DNA of 64,000 nucleotides from Eledone cirrhosa (lineage: Eukaryota), in assembly GCA_964016885.1 (NCBI GenBank), contig OZ024741.1:180110001-180174000 (forward strand), in the 5' to 3' direction. Shown piece after piece: positions 42,653 to 56,743 of the stretch. The position numbers and the translations under genes were made by a program. The notes beneath the pieces were generated by a model that worked only from the letters and a program-made list of their open reading frames with translations, was not told the origin of the DNA and did not search any database. Every line of letters starts with the position of its first letter. Within the stretch, counting starts at the first letter, position 1.

Positions 42653-42722
42653 CCTCATTACCAGAGGTTTCCCGAATGAGGCGAATACGAAAGAAACGTC
42701 TTCATTCGTTCGTCAGACGAGG
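42653..42722 (-). ncRNA. Type I hammerhead ribozyme motif with all three stems
   Basis: cctcgt-CTGACGA-a cgaatga..tcattcg g-GAA-acc tct ggt-A-atgagg. Confidence 0.75.
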
Positions 42723-43493
42723 CAATATAAAACATGGCTAAATACTTGGAAAGTCTCATCAAGAAAAGCAAAAAAAAATTATATAAATATAGACAAATGA
42801 ATTACAATAGCCATATGAAATATATAAAAATCTTTCAAGAAATATAGTTAGGTGTGTGTATATGTATGTATATACGCTCACAGATGTACATATATGTGTA
42901 TGTACAAATGTATACGTATAGTGAAAAAGTGTACATAAATATATGTGTTAGGGCAAGTGTATCTGTGTATCTGTCAACTACAGACAGACATGATGTGGTT
43001 TTCTGCTTGGTAGGTACACAGAAATAGGGTAATAGATACATTATAAGAATATGAAGGCACGCGTATAAACACGCACGTACGTACACTTATATGCGGAAGT
43101 AAAAGAGGTAAGGGAGTGTAATAATTAAAAGAAATTATCATTCTCGATATATTTATAAAAATGGAACAATAATTTATAAAAATGGAACAATAATTTAGAA
43201 AGAAAAAATTAAAGAAAAGACAAACAAGGTACACGCGTACACACACACATATATCTACAAGAAACGTATATCTATAAGGAATATATATATATACACGCAA
43301 AAAAACGTGCAGACAAAAGCGTATGCAAGCACATCTACACACACAGGATGCACATATATACGCATATACGCCTCGCCCCATGTATATCTAATCACGCGCA
43401 CGCACGCGACTGTATACACACTCGCACACACACACACACAAAAATATACATGCTTATATACACACGCACACTTACACATCCATACATTCGGTA

Positions 43494-43547
<54 letters not shown>

Positions 43548-43673
43548 TACACTCACGCATATTGACCTGTTTGCATGCACACGCATAAAAATGAGGATGT
43601 AAAAAAGGGGAGAAGAAAAAAACAAAACAAAAAACATAGAAGTAAAAACACGGATATAAAGACACATATACAT

Positions 43674-43729
<56 letters not shown>

Positions 43730-44189
43730 GGAACGCGCGCGCACATACGGAGGCGCTCGTGTACATATATAGAAAGTATACACACATTAAGGCGTTCAGA
43801 CACACAGATACAGGGTGTAAAAAAACTTGTGGATAAGTAAGTACAAATATAAAATTATAAGATTGGCTGCGAAAAAATAAAATAAAAGTAAAAATAAAAA
43901 ATATCTGGAGTGGAAAACGCAAGTGATTTGTATAATCAGTTAGTGAAGAAAATAGGGAAGTAAAAAGTGGAAAGTGAAGATATTAGGTAAGTGAATCGGA
44001 GAATAAAGTGTGTGTGTGTGTGGGGGGGGGGGGGGGTTATTGGTGGATGTGAAGTAATAATAAAAAATATAAAAATAAAAATAAAAATAAAAATGAAATT
44101 AATAATAAGGATAAAAATGTAAGTAAATCAGAAAGGGTAGTTATAAAGAGAATAATAAGAGTTTATGGAGGATAAGTATCTGAAATATA

Positions 44190-44357
<168 letters not shown>

Positions 44358-44367
44358 TATAGATATA

Positions 44368-45218
44368 TAATATATAAGATCAAAAGATGGTTAAAAGAGG
44401 TCCATGTATTTTATTATGTGCATTTCAAAAACAAATATCATCATGCAATACTCATTTGTGTTTTCATCAGATAAAATAGGAGGACATGATATGAAGGTTA
44501 AAAACACTTGTGGATAGTGCAGTTTTAAATCAACATATGAAAAGTAGTTTTAGATTGATGTGTGATATTGGGTAAAAAAAAATTTTTGAGGGTGGGTGGG
44601 TTGGAAAGGAAGAAAAAGAGGAGGAGATGAGAGTAAAAAGTGGAGGGGGAGGAGTATAATGAGGAAAGATGAGATAGGAGGAGAGATGGCTGATAGAGAG
44701 AGAGAGATAGCTTTTATAACTGAGAAAAATATATTGTTTTACATAGAGAGGTTGAAAAACCGTTGGAAGATAATGTATAAATTAAAAGAATTTGAAAATT
44801 AACGAAGAGAAAAATAATGTAAAGTTAAGGTTTGTATATTGAAGGGTTTAATAATATGTGCGATGAAAAGAAATTGTTAATATGTATTAAGAATAATATT
44901 TAAGGGTTTAATAATATGTGCGATGGAAAGAAAATGTTGATATGTATTATTAAAAAAAACATATGTTGATTTAAAACTGCACTATCCACAAGTGTTTTTA
45001 ACCTTCATATCATGTCCTCCTATTTTATCTGATGAAAACCCAAATGTTATTGCATGATGATATTTGTTTTTGAAATGCGCATAATAAAATACATGGAACT
45101 CATTTAACCATCTTTTGATCTTATATATTATGTATACTCCAGTCCTACAAACTGTAGAGTGCTTCTTATCCGATATCTGCATTGCTTTATTGTACTACAA
45201 TAAAACTCACCTCCTACA
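44368..45218. mobile_element. Second fold-back of the 7.3-8.1 kb family
   Basis: Hammerheads at 44407-44478 (-) and 45021-45091 (+); same tail, here on the right arm; (TA)n flanks. Confidence 0.85.
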
Positions 45219-45227
45219 TACATATAT

Positions 45228-45370
<143 letters not shown>

Positions 45371-45439
45371 TATACACACATATATATAGATATATACACA
45401 TATACATACACCCACACATACACATACAAATACATATAT

Positions 45440-45700
45440 GGGTCTTTATATATCGGACAAACGGGACGCCGCATGGAGGGGCGTTTTGCCGAATATTTGA
45501 GGAACATACGACTCGGTTTGGATACTCCTGTCGCCCGTCATTTCTGTTCTCCTGGTCATTCTTCCCTACATGTTTCAGTCCTGAGTGTCCTTATACATCA
45601 TGGATCACAGGGCTAGCGCACCAGGACTGAACAAAGTCTGATTCACCGCCTTGAGTCCTCTCCCCCTCTTGGACTCAACTCACCTCCCCAATTTCTCTAA
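45440..45700 (+). mobile_element. Penelope-like (Neptune-type) GIY-YIG endonuclease remnant
   Basis: [54 protein letters not shown], with one in-frame stop. Confidence 0.85.
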
Positions 45701-45942
45701 TACCCCGTCCATTATCACACCCCTAGATTCCTATCGCTTTCTCTTGATCATTAACATCTTCTCTTACAACTAATACATGCCGACTATATATGCTCACTCC
45801 ACTTTTCCTTTCACTGCTCTGTATACACACATACACACCCTTACATTAACATACTTTTGCTCATAGCTTCGTACTTACATGCACACACACTCTTTTACTC
45901 ACATATATACACACATTTCTTCTTAGCTTCGTACGGACGTAT

Positions 45943-45977
<35 letters not shown>

Positions 45978-46193
45978 CTTACGTATAGCTCTTTTTACAA
46001 AACGTTTTTTTTTCCATTTCAGGTAAACGCGCTCCATCATCCACTTTTCTAAAAAATAAATCATACTCAAAACGCCAGCACCAACTGTTTTGCAAGAGAT
46101 GTCAACATGTATGGACCTGTTATTTTTATCTAAAGACATTTTTTTCCAATTTCATCCCGCCCGTCCCCTCAATCTATCTTATTTCTCATTCTT

Positions 46194-46229
46194 TCTTCTG
46201 ATGAAGGACTAGCGTCTGAAACGTTAAGA
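46194..46229 (+). ncRNA. Minimal hammerhead motif (homologues at 50511-50546 (-) and 59927-59962 (+))
   Basis: tctt-CTGATGA-a ggac tagc gtct-GAA-acgt-T-aaga. Confidence 0.7.
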
Positions 46230-46567
46230 CCCTCTTACTCACCACTATTATCAACTATCGCATTCTGCACTTATATTTTTTTACTTATTTTTTTACTTTT
46301 TACATCTGTAACTTCTTAGCTCTTTATCATTATATTTTATTATTGATGTTATTGTTTTGATTCTACGCTGTATCTATATATACCATTGCCATATGTGAAA
46401 TCTCTAGTATTCTGATGATTTGATCAGAGGGAAACACTGTATTTAAGGTCGAGTGACGCAACTTCAAGTCATTAGCGGCATTTAGACTCACCTGATCTAT
46501 GAAACAATTGTTAATACTTGAAATAAAACCCCTTGTTGTACAGCTGATCATGTTATTCTTCAATCTT

Positions 46568-46614
<47 letters not shown>

Positions 46615-46912
46615 ATGTGTGTATGTGTGTGTGTATATATATATACACACACACACACACACGTATATACAAATAAACACACATATATATATATACACAT
46701 AAATGCATACATACAAATACGTACATACATTCATACACACACATTTTCACACATACAAATACGCTGATACAGAAAAGGCAAGTAGGCAAAGAGTGCTTAC
46801 ATAACCTCAGTACTAAAAGACGGACGGAAAGAGGGCCTAGGTTGAGACTATGGTGGGGTGGGGATGGAGAGGGAACGGATATTATGTCGAGTGAGGTGGG
46901 GTTTTTTTCAAA

Positions 46913-47895
46913 CTATCGTTTTGGGAGCAGAACTGGTTTGCAGGATTTATACGTTGCATAGTGTTTGTGCATGTAGTTCGGGCAGCGTTCAGAGAGTTTG
47001 TTCAGGGTCTGGCCCTTGGCAAATAGTATTTCATAGCTCATCGAAATACAAAGGTCGCAGCACTTATGCCCTCCTATGTATGAGCGCGCTCTCTGGAGTT
47101 ATTTCTATTTGAGAATGAAGGGAGTGGACTCCTCGGCGAGTGTTGTTTGGTTGGATTTGTCCTCTCTTCTAAAGGGGTGGGTATGGGCATACCATCGGGT
47201 CTTAAATTTGTTAGATGCCATATCTTTTTTGTTGTTGTTGATGTCAATGCCTCAGACGACATTGCATTTATATACGATGTCATTCATCAGGTATTTGTTT
47301 TCGAGTGGTCAAGCTTCTTTATTGTGGCAGTTGCACAAGGCTCCCGTCCAGGGGTGGGTTTTGGAGGTAGTATTCAATTCAATTCAATTCAATTCAATAT
47401 ATTTGGCAGAAAATAAAACATAGATGCTTCAGATGCCATGTAAGGAGGGGGGGGGGGGGGGCAACATTTACACAGTCGGAAACACAGTGGTCCAACACCG
47501 GTCCAATTTCGCCTTGAATTGTTGCGTGGTTGGCGCGTTGACTACTTCTTCTGGAAGCCAATTCCAGGGTCCAGAGAAGCGGATCGAGAAAGCAGCTTTC
47601 CGTCTATTTAGGCGAAAGCGGCGGTGAAACAGCTTTTTGTCATGTCCACGTAGATCCCTTTCAAGTGCCGGAGGTAGTAGGCTTATTTAATTTAGCAGTG
47701 TTGAGGTTGGCTATATCCCTATCTAAGCTAGGTGTAGTAGAGTAGGAGAGTCTTATCGTAATCTTATTAAAATTAGTGTAGTACCTATGTTGTGTGGGGA
47801 AATGTTTATTTAGCAATTTGAAGAAAGCGTAAATACCTCTCTGTTGAAGTGGGGGGTTGTACCAACTAATTTGCCTATGCCTATTTCTCATAAGT
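46913..47895 (-). mobile_element. Naiad-clade Penelope-like element remnant (linker, Cys motif, GIY-YIG region), interrupted by a CR1 fragment
   Basis: RQISWYNPP..LLNKHFP..FNKITIRLSYS, then CNCHNKEA*PLENKYL..IVYKC..FKTRWYAH..CDLC..LNKLSE; several stops and deletions. Confidence 0.8.
47373..47669 (-). mobile_element. 5'-truncated CR1-like LINE
   Basis: LRGHDKKLFHRRFRLNRRKAAFSIRFSGPWNWLPEEVVNAPTTQQFKAKLD; (ATTGA)n tail; 10 bp TSD ggaggtagta at 47363 and 47670. Confidence 0.85.
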
Positions 47896-48225
47896 GCTCT
47901 TCGGGTGTTTTCTAGATAGGTAATATATATGAAATGGACCGACCTCCATCGTTTTCGACGATTAGTGTTTCCACTTGTTCGACCAATGGAACAGCCTGCT
48001 CATCAACTTTACGTGTAAGTGGCTGATCATTCCACAATTGCATATACCCTTACCGTAGTTCTCAGGAAAAATTTGTTTGTAACCGGGTTGGTTCTTTGAA
48101 TTAGAGGTACAATCTATCCAACGGGTTCCACCTACGCAATATTACTTACAAGGCATGGATGGACCCGAGGTTATGGTGTATTTATACATATGTATATATA
48201 TATAAACATATATATATATATATGT

Positions 48226-48662
48226 ATGAATGTATGTATAGTATATTTGGCAATATACCGTATGTTTAATTAAAAACATTTAGAAGACAATACGTTATCA
48301 GTTTTAAAGTAGTGACTATGTCACTTACTTCTTTTCGGCGAAAGAAGCGAGAGAGGCTGAAAGTCTGTTTTATGCTGGCTGGGTTTCATAAGGACCACGC
48401 ACTCCCCTGCTTCCGCCGAAGCAGCTCCTGGTTATTACTGGAATTCTATAAGAATCCAGCTTCTATAATTTTCAGCGGAAGCAGGGGAGTGCGTGGCTCT
48501 GATGAACGCCAACCAGCGTGAAACAGACCGTCAGCTTCTCTCCCTTTCGCCGAAAAGAAGTAAGTGACATAGTCACTACTTTAAAACTAAAAGCGAATGG
48601 TCTTCTAAATGTTTTTAATTAAACATACGGTATATTGCCAAATACACTATACATACATTCAT
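48226..48662. mobile_element. Fold-back element with a hammerhead in the right arm (48495-48536, +)
   Basis: Arms about 190 bp; ggct-CTGATGA-acgc caacca gcgt-GAA-ac agacc gt-C-agct; the left-arm copy is degenerate. Confidence 0.75.
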
Positions 48663-48758
48663 GTATACATCGCTATTTCAGAGCACCAATCCTAATTACA
48701 TATATATGTATATATGTATATATATATATGTATATATGTATATATATATATGTATATA

Positions 48759-48857
<99 letters not shown>

Positions 48858-48860
48858 ATT

Positions 48861-48914
<54 letters not shown>

Positions 48915-49016
48915 CGCGTGTGTGTGTGTGTGTGTCACGTGGAATTGGTTAAGTGTAATACATATACACGCACCTCCATCCACAGCTCCTCCTCTATACA
49001 CACACATACACACACA

Positions 49017-49081
<65 letters not shown>

Positions 49082-50380
49082 TACATATATATATGAGTAG
49101 AATACATGCTTTACAGTTAAAGATCTTTTAAGGCGAGTAAGAAATGCAAATAATACCGGATGTCTTTGAATACAAATAATCTATTTCTTGAAATATTTTC
49201 CATCGGAAACTTTTCTGGCACCTTTCCAAACTCCCAGCAATATTCCTCAAAACAACCTACCTTTCTACTTTCTACTTTTAGTTTAGCTCTACTTCCTTTT
49301 ATTCCACTCATTCTCAAGATAGGCATAACATTTACATGGAGAAAACGGTGTAACCTTTATGTAGTCGCTAAAACGTTTAGAAATAGCAACCAAATCTAAT
49401 CTTCCTGTTCAATGCCCAAAATGCCTATCAGCTTTTTTGTCGTTAAGTGACTAAGAATGCAAGATACGGCGTGTCTTGTGCTAAGCCCATTCATCTCCTT
49501 GTCTGGAAACCGCTGATTTCTTTCAGAGAAAGAGTCGACGCTAGTACTCGACTGGCACCTAATTTATCGACCTCAACACGAAGGAAAGCGAAGCTGACCT
49601 CGGCGGGATTTGAAACCAGAGTACAGAGAGCTGAAACAAACATCCAGGCATTTTTAATCCGATGTCCTAACAAACATACTAATTTGCCGCTTCCTCTTTC
49701 GTTGTATATTCCGTATGGTGCTAGTTCACCTAGGCAACGAATTGGCAGAGTTGTTGGGACGCCGGATAGCAGGCTTTTCGGTATTCGTTGCGGCTCACTA
49801 CATTTCGAGTTCAAATGTCACTAAGGTCAAGATTGCTTTCAATCTTTTGAGGTCCGTGAAAAGAAACACCAATCCAGTAATGCAGCCTATATTTCTTCTA
49901 TATCGCTTTCTCACTCTCCCTCACTGTCTCTACAAGAAATCGGATGTGTTCAGATCTGAAGAAGAATGGTCTACAGGAGATTTATTGTGCTCACTACTTG
50001 TGTGAATAATATTCTCAGGAAATTGTGTTTTCATGGCCTCCAACTATTCTCTTTAACGATCCCATTGATCAAACTCACAAGCAAAAGAGAATGAAATTGC
50101 GAAAGGTTCAGCTAGTTTTACTGGTCTCGCAGAACATCCTGCGGATATTCGGCGATGAATGGCTCGGGGTCCACACACTATAGACGCAGTTCTCATATAC
50201 CTTTCTGAATATAAACCCTAGGCTATGATACAATTCAAATAGTCATAATGTCATACTTCTTAACCATTCATACATGGTAGGTCAGAATATATAAATACAT
50301 ATATATATATACATATATAATATATATAATATATATTATATATTATATATATATATATATTATATATATATATATAATAT

Positions 50381-50423
<43 letters not shown>

Positions 50424-50425
<2 letters not shown>

Positions 50426-51500
50426 AAAAGGTAAACAGAAATAACAACACAATAGGTACAGTATATGGAAGGTATATATTAGGTTAACGCTTAATATAGC
50501 AGGAAGAGGGTCTTAACGTTTCGGACGCTAGTCCTTCATCAGAAGAAAGAATGAGAAATAAAATAGATTGAGGGGACAGGCGGGATGGAATTGGAAAAAA
50601 TGTCTTTAGATAAAAATAACAGGTCCATTCATGTTGACATCTCTTGCAACACTGTTAGTGCTGGCGTTTTGTGGATGATGGCGCGCGTCTACCTGAAATG
50701 GATAGTTCGAAATAACAATAAACAAACAAACGCAGGAATAAATGTTACATGGTGTTATTAGCTTCACGCTTAGTGAGAGTTGGGGGAGGGGGTGTTGTTT
50801 ACGAAGTTTCGGACATAAGTCCTCATCAGGTGAGTGAAGGGGGAGGAATTCCGAGAGGGAGTGAGGGGGAAGTTAGCGGGAAAAACATGAAAGGAAAATA
50901 AATAGAAACAGAATTAAACGGAATATATAACGAAAACAGAATTTAAAAAAAAACAACAGAATATAAAAGTATAGATCCGGGAAGGCACGTGTGTCGTGGT
51001 GTGTAAGGCGGGGTGGACGGGGAGAGAGGAGGAGAAGGAAAAATGGAGTCCGAGCGGGCATGGCGGAAGGTGAGGTGTGTAGATGTGTGTTAGAGTTAGG
51101 AGTATTATTAGTGGGGTGGTGAGGTGTAGGTGGAGATTAGTGGTGTTAGTACGGGGTAGATCGGTAGGGAGGAGTCAGTCGAAGGCTAAAGGAAGAGGGG
51201 TTGGGAGTTTAAACCAAGCGGGGGGGGGGGTGCAAGTCCGTAATAGGAAGATGGTGCGTTGTTCAACCCTAAGTCGGGCATCGGGAGTTCCAGGGCGCGC
51301 AATCAGGCCGCAGACGGTCAAGTTCTAAGCAGAGTGTCCGGCGGAGCCGAAGCGTCGGGCGATGGGGGAACACGTGCCGAGACGAATGTCACGGAGGTGC
51401 TCGGCGATCCGGTCTGCCAGACAGCGTCCGGTTTGTCCGACATAGGTCGCGCCGCACTCCGTGCAGCGGAGTCCGTAGATCCGTAGACAAGGCTATACAT
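50424..51500 (-). mobile_element. Penelope-like 3' remnant: GIY-YIG region followed by hammerhead-bearing repeats
   Basis: 51480 to about 51210 reads IYGLRCTECGATYVGQTGRCLADRIAEHLRDIR..PIARRF..RLRVEQRTIFLLRT; hammerhead cores at 50800-50830 and 50511-50546 on the same strand. Confidence 0.85.
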
Positions 51501-52109
51501 TGGCGCACTGGGTCTAAAAATATTGGTTGCCTAGAAGACAAAGGTTGCCAAGAAGAGACACAACTACAATAGTATCATTTAATTTTTTTATCGAATAAAT
51601 AAATTCTTTTTTAAATCCTCTCTAAGTAAAAATACGGATTTTAGAATAACATTTCTTAGCTTCTTCGAAAGAAGCGATAGCCACAGAACCACAGCTAAAG
51701 CTTCCAAGACGAGCAGGGCTTTATGCCCAGCGAAGCCGAAGGAAGCTAAACCTTCCAATTTGAAGTTCTTTTAGTTAGCAAAAGGAGAAGCAAAATTCTT
51801 CTTCTTGGCGCGAGTAGATTGAATACTGGGCAGGCTTTGCTAATTAAAATTAGCAGTTATAAAGTTATATAACCAGCAATTGTACCACCAAACCGCTGAG
51901 ACTGTTCGAAACCTTAAGCATTTTTAAAAGTTATATTGCAAATATTAATCTTTAGAATCATTAGGTCTTACCTACTTTACACTTACGTATTGATTTGCTG
52001 AAGTATTTTACATCGTTGGATACCGGGTTCGGTTATTCTTTCAATTATTAAAGACTAAAATCTACTTCTATTTATTTAATTATTTTCATTTTTATCTGGA
52101 CAAATAACT

Positions 52110-52184
<75 letters not shown>

Positions 52185-52198
52185 TACCTCTCTGTATT

Positions 52199-52236
<38 letters not shown>

Positions 52237-52450
52237 CGTGTGTGTGCGTGTGCGTGTGTGTGTGTGTATGTGTGTGCGTGTGCGTGTGTGTGTGCGTGTG
52301 TGTGTGTGCGTGTGTGTATATGAAGAGAGAAAGAAAGACGAGCTGACATGCCTACACATATTCATAGATATGGAGTGAGTGTTGTACAAATATGTACAAC
52401 ACACACATATATATATATATATATATATGTGTGTGTTGTACAAATATAGC

Positions 52451-52507
<57 letters not shown>

Positions 52508-53025
52508 TCCCCTTCTCCCTTGCATTTTCGCCTTACTTTGCAACTGGAAGCCATTTTCTTTGAAAACCTCTCGAAATCTCACATCACTATTAGTAACTAG
52601 AAGAAGATCAAAATATATACTATCTCTACCGCCAGAGACACATAATATAGCGAACATCTTTTCATAGATTATCGAAATACAATGGCTAAGCTAAATAAGC
52701 CTAGTTTCTAATAACGGGAATACTGAAAAATGTATCACCCCGCCATATCTTCTCAGCATCATATTGCATAACTTAATAGATCCTCCACTTCAAATTTTGC
52801 TCAGGTCTCCCTATCATCCTTCAAGGGTTAAACAAAATAAACTACCATTTTCTTAAACTCATATTCTAAAGATTTATCTCTGAAACCTGTATCGTCTTTT
52901 CTGCTTTATCGATTTCATTAAATATCTATATAATATCCTTCCATACCGGCTTCGTTTATTCTATCAATTGTCAGACACTACTTTTAAAATTATTTATATT
53001 TATATTTTCCCCTACAAACCACTAA

Positions 53026-53064
<39 letters not shown>

Positions 53065-53065
<1 letters not shown>

Positions 53066-53546
53066 TAGCCGAATTACCCGCATGGAGAAAAACTCTGCAT
53101 TTCAATATTACTCAATGTAAAATGTAATGGATGAAAAATTGGAAGACATTATTTTTTGTAATATATCAAATCAAAATTACATTATTAAATCTTATTCTTA
53201 TTTTGTTTCTTGTAAATAATTTTTTTCAAAATATCAACTCAAAACTTTTGTGAATAGGCATAATATATTGTTATTTACCTATGGTTGAAATTTCATATAA
53301 ATCGAAGGGAAAAGATTTTCAGCGAGGATTTGAGCTCCTGGGGCACCCTAATAGAGGGTTTAACCCCCATTAGGGTGTCATAATATTATTGAAATTTGCT
53401 GAAATGTTATGAATAGACATCATATCTTGTCATTTACCTATGGACAATGTAGTTTCAGAGTATATATGGTTATAGGGGTCTATCTCCAAAACCATAGGAG
53501 GAGTTCGTGAACAAACAAACAAACAGACAGGAACTACAATTTTACA

Positions 53547-53550
<4 letters not shown>
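53065..53550 (-). mobile_element. Non-autonomous Helitron-like element, degenerate
   Basis: a-CTAG-ccgaattacccg terminus; caaacaaacagacag..tttatata at the other end. Confidence 0.5.
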
Positions 53551-53598
<48 letters not shown>

Positions 53599-53599
<1 letters not shown>

Positions 53600-54103
53600 T
53601 AGCAGTGGTACCTGGCGTTGCACGGGATAAGGTATTTTGGAACGCGAGCCGCCAACAGACCTAATCGTGGAAAAACTGCATGCCTGGACAATATGTAAAG
53701 TAAATAAACCGAATACTCTGATGGCTGGATAATCTTTAAGATTTTCCTCGATGAAGCAGTAAAAATGCAGGTTTTTACCTAATGCGGGCCCTAGGGTATA
53801 GAGAAAATAAATTTATTTTATGTGCATAATATGTCTTGAAATTTCGGGAAAATCGGCTAGACGTAACGCCTCAAAAGAGCCCTATAAAGCTGAAAAAATG
53901 TTTTTCACCTAATGCGGGCCCTAGGCCATTAAAAAGTTGGATTTTCTCTGCTCACGGTATGAAGAAGAGACTGATTAATACATAGTTACAATTTCAAGGA
54001 AATCAGTCTGACGCAAGGCCTCAAAAAACCCCTAAAAAGCTGAAAAAACGCCTAGGAGATCAAAAAGTTGGATTTTATGTGCATAACACTCCCTGAATTC
54101 AAA

Positions 54104-54183
<80 letters not shown>

Positions 54184-54490
54184 TCCTCAGGGAAGTGACG
54201 GAATGCAGACAGTCAGACATACATACAGATATTATAAGGGCGCGACGTTATATGTATGTTTCTATCTAAAAAGAGAAAGACTAAGAATTATAGAGAGAGA
54301 TCGCTAAATCGCCTAATGCGGTCCTTAGGGCATTGAAAATTTGAAATTTTCGTTGCTCAGAACACTCCCTGAAACATAAGTATTACATGTGTAAAGTTTG
54401 AAAACAGTCAGTTGGGTGCTTCTCAAGTTTTTAGGGATTCAAACTCACACACGCACAAACAGACATCCTCAGTTTTATATATATATATAT
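53599..54490 (-). mobile_element. Non-autonomous Helitron-like element
   Basis: CTAG plus hairpin cctggcgttgcacggg; inverted homologue of 54823-55443. Confidence 0.8.
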
Positions 54491-54822
54491 ATATCTTTGC
54501 TAATGTCGGTGAGTTCTCGGGCGAAAATCTCATTAGTAAATATATCATGTACGAGAGCTTTAACGTCAATTTCCATTGTTGTTATTGTTTAAATATATTT
54601 AAATATAAATAAATATATACACTACATATACTATACACTATATACTATATTGTATAATATTAAGTATTGTTTGATATGGTGTCGTCAACAGGGAAGTAAT
54701 TCTTTTTTTTTAAATATGTACAGTGTAGTATATCCTTTTAAGAGAGAGATAAGCTATCTTTATGTGGGGGGGGGTGTATGTGTGTGTGTGTGTGTGTGTC
54801 TGTGTGTGTGTGTGTTTAATTA

Positions 54823-55443
54823 TCTATATATATAAAACTGAGGATGTCTGTGGGTGTGTGTGTGTGTATGTCTGTGAGTTTGAATCCCTAAAACTCGAGA
54901 AGTACCCAACCGATCTTTTTCAAACTTTACATGTGTATTACTTATGTTTCCGCTAATTCAACTTTTTGATCCCTTAGGGCCCGCATTAGGGGAAAAACTG
55001 CGTTTTTTCAGCTTTTTAGGGGATTTTAGAGGCGTTACGTCAGACCGATTTCCTTGAAATTGTAACTATGTATTAGTCAGTCTCTTCTTTTTACCGTGAG
55101 CAAAGAAAATCCAACATTTTTATGGCCTAGGCGAAAAACTTCATTTTTTCAGCTTTTTAGGGGTTTTTTGAGGCGTTACGTCTAGCCGATTTTCCTGAAA
55201 TTTCAAGGCATATTAAGCACATAAAAAAAATTCATTTTCCTAATACTCTAGGGCCGGCATTAGGTGAAAACCTGCATTTTCCCTGCTTCATTGAGGAAAA
55301 TCTTAAAGATTATCCAGCCATCAGAGTATTCGGTTTATTTTCTTTAAATATAGTCCAGGCATGCAGTTTTTCCACGATTAGGTCTGTTGGCGGCCCGCGT
55401 TCCAAAATACCTTATCCCGTGCAACGCCGGGAACCACTGCTAG
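54823..55443 (+). mobile_element. Non-autonomous Helitron-like element
   Basis: A|TC start, cccgtgcaacgccggg hairpin, CTAG end. Confidence 0.85.
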
Positions 55444-55448
55444 CATGA

Positions 55449-55672
55449 TATAAAGAAAGTATCCAATCGCAGAAATGCTATAAAGACTGCTTATAAAATA
55501 GAGTGAAGACCCTTAAAAGACAGGAAATCTTCTAGCTAGCCGCTATCTGGAAGATAAGGAATTCAACTCCTCATAGAGGTCGTTGGCAAATTCTATATCC
55601 ATCTTTTAAGGTTGTTCACCCTATTTTATAAGCTATCTGTATAGCATTTCTACGCTTAAACACTTTCTTTAT
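55449..55672. repeat. Diverged inverted repeat, MITE-like
   Basis: tataaagaaagt..agaaatgctata..gcttataaaatag mirrored by ctattttataagc..tatagcatttct..actttctttata. Confidence 0.65.
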
Positions 55673-55730
55673 ACTCAAATAATTATATATATTCTCATCG
55701 CTTCAAAAGCTAAAAATACGGCTTCGAACA

Positions 55731-56743
55731 TCTCTATATATATTAAATAATTTGTCTCTCTATCTGTCAGTCTGTTCCTGAGCATTCTCAAACAGCTGGA
55801 CCAAATCAAAGCAAATTTTACAAGACACCCCGGGAGTGTCAACATGTAATTTTTATTTTCATTTTGATTAAAAAAATATAATATTTTCTCTAAAATTACA
55901 TTTCTATAGTGAACTATAGTAAACCACCATCACGACGACGATAAGTCACCTTTTTATATATGAGTGTGTATGTGTCTGTGAGTGTGTGTGTGTTTGCGAG
56001 TTCGTTACTACGTAAGTTGCATACCCATTATCTTCACACACAGACAATTAAACACACACTCACATCTACACTTACAGATACATATGTGATAACAGACGGG
56101 TGTGCGTGAATGTATGTCTGTGTGTGTCTGTCTTAGTATATGTATGTGAGTGTATGTGAGAGTGTATGTGTGTGTGAGTGTATGTGAGAGTGTATGTGTG
56201 TGTGAGTGTATGTGAGAGTGTATGTGTGTGTGAGTGTATGTGTGAGTGTATGTGTGATAATTTGCATTAAAACAATAGAAAACAATACGCCATGTAACAT
56301 TTTGTATATGAATATGTATGTGTCTGTGAGTGTGTGTGCGCGCGTTCATTAGGTACATTATTAATACACACACACATCTACATATATGTAGCAACTGACC
56401 AAAAATGAGGTGAAAAGCTATGCGTGTGTCTGCGTGAATGTATGTCTGTGTGTGTCTGTTTTAGTATATGTATATGAGAGTGTATGTGTGTGAGTGTGTA
56501 GCAACAATTTATTCATTTAGATACCAACATAAAATTACTCAATGAATATTGTTTACCCTAAGGTGCTTCAAGGTTGACAGATTTTCATTTCTAAATTCTA
56601 TTATCATTTTAATTTTGATATTTTTTTCATAAAATATAGATATTTTGAAATATTTATGAGAAAAAAAAAACATATCTTCATATTTATTTACTAATCTGAA
56701 TAAGAACAACAATAACCCGGGCAACGCCGGGTAATTCAGCTAG
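55731..56743 (+). mobile_element. Non-autonomous Helitron-like element, different family
   Basis: A|TC start, acccgggcaacgccgggt hairpin, CTAG|T end. Confidence 0.85.

Noticed and set aside
46405-46445. Hammerhead at CTGATGA..GAAAcactgta
   Set aside because: The core is present but I find no stem I pairing; not counted
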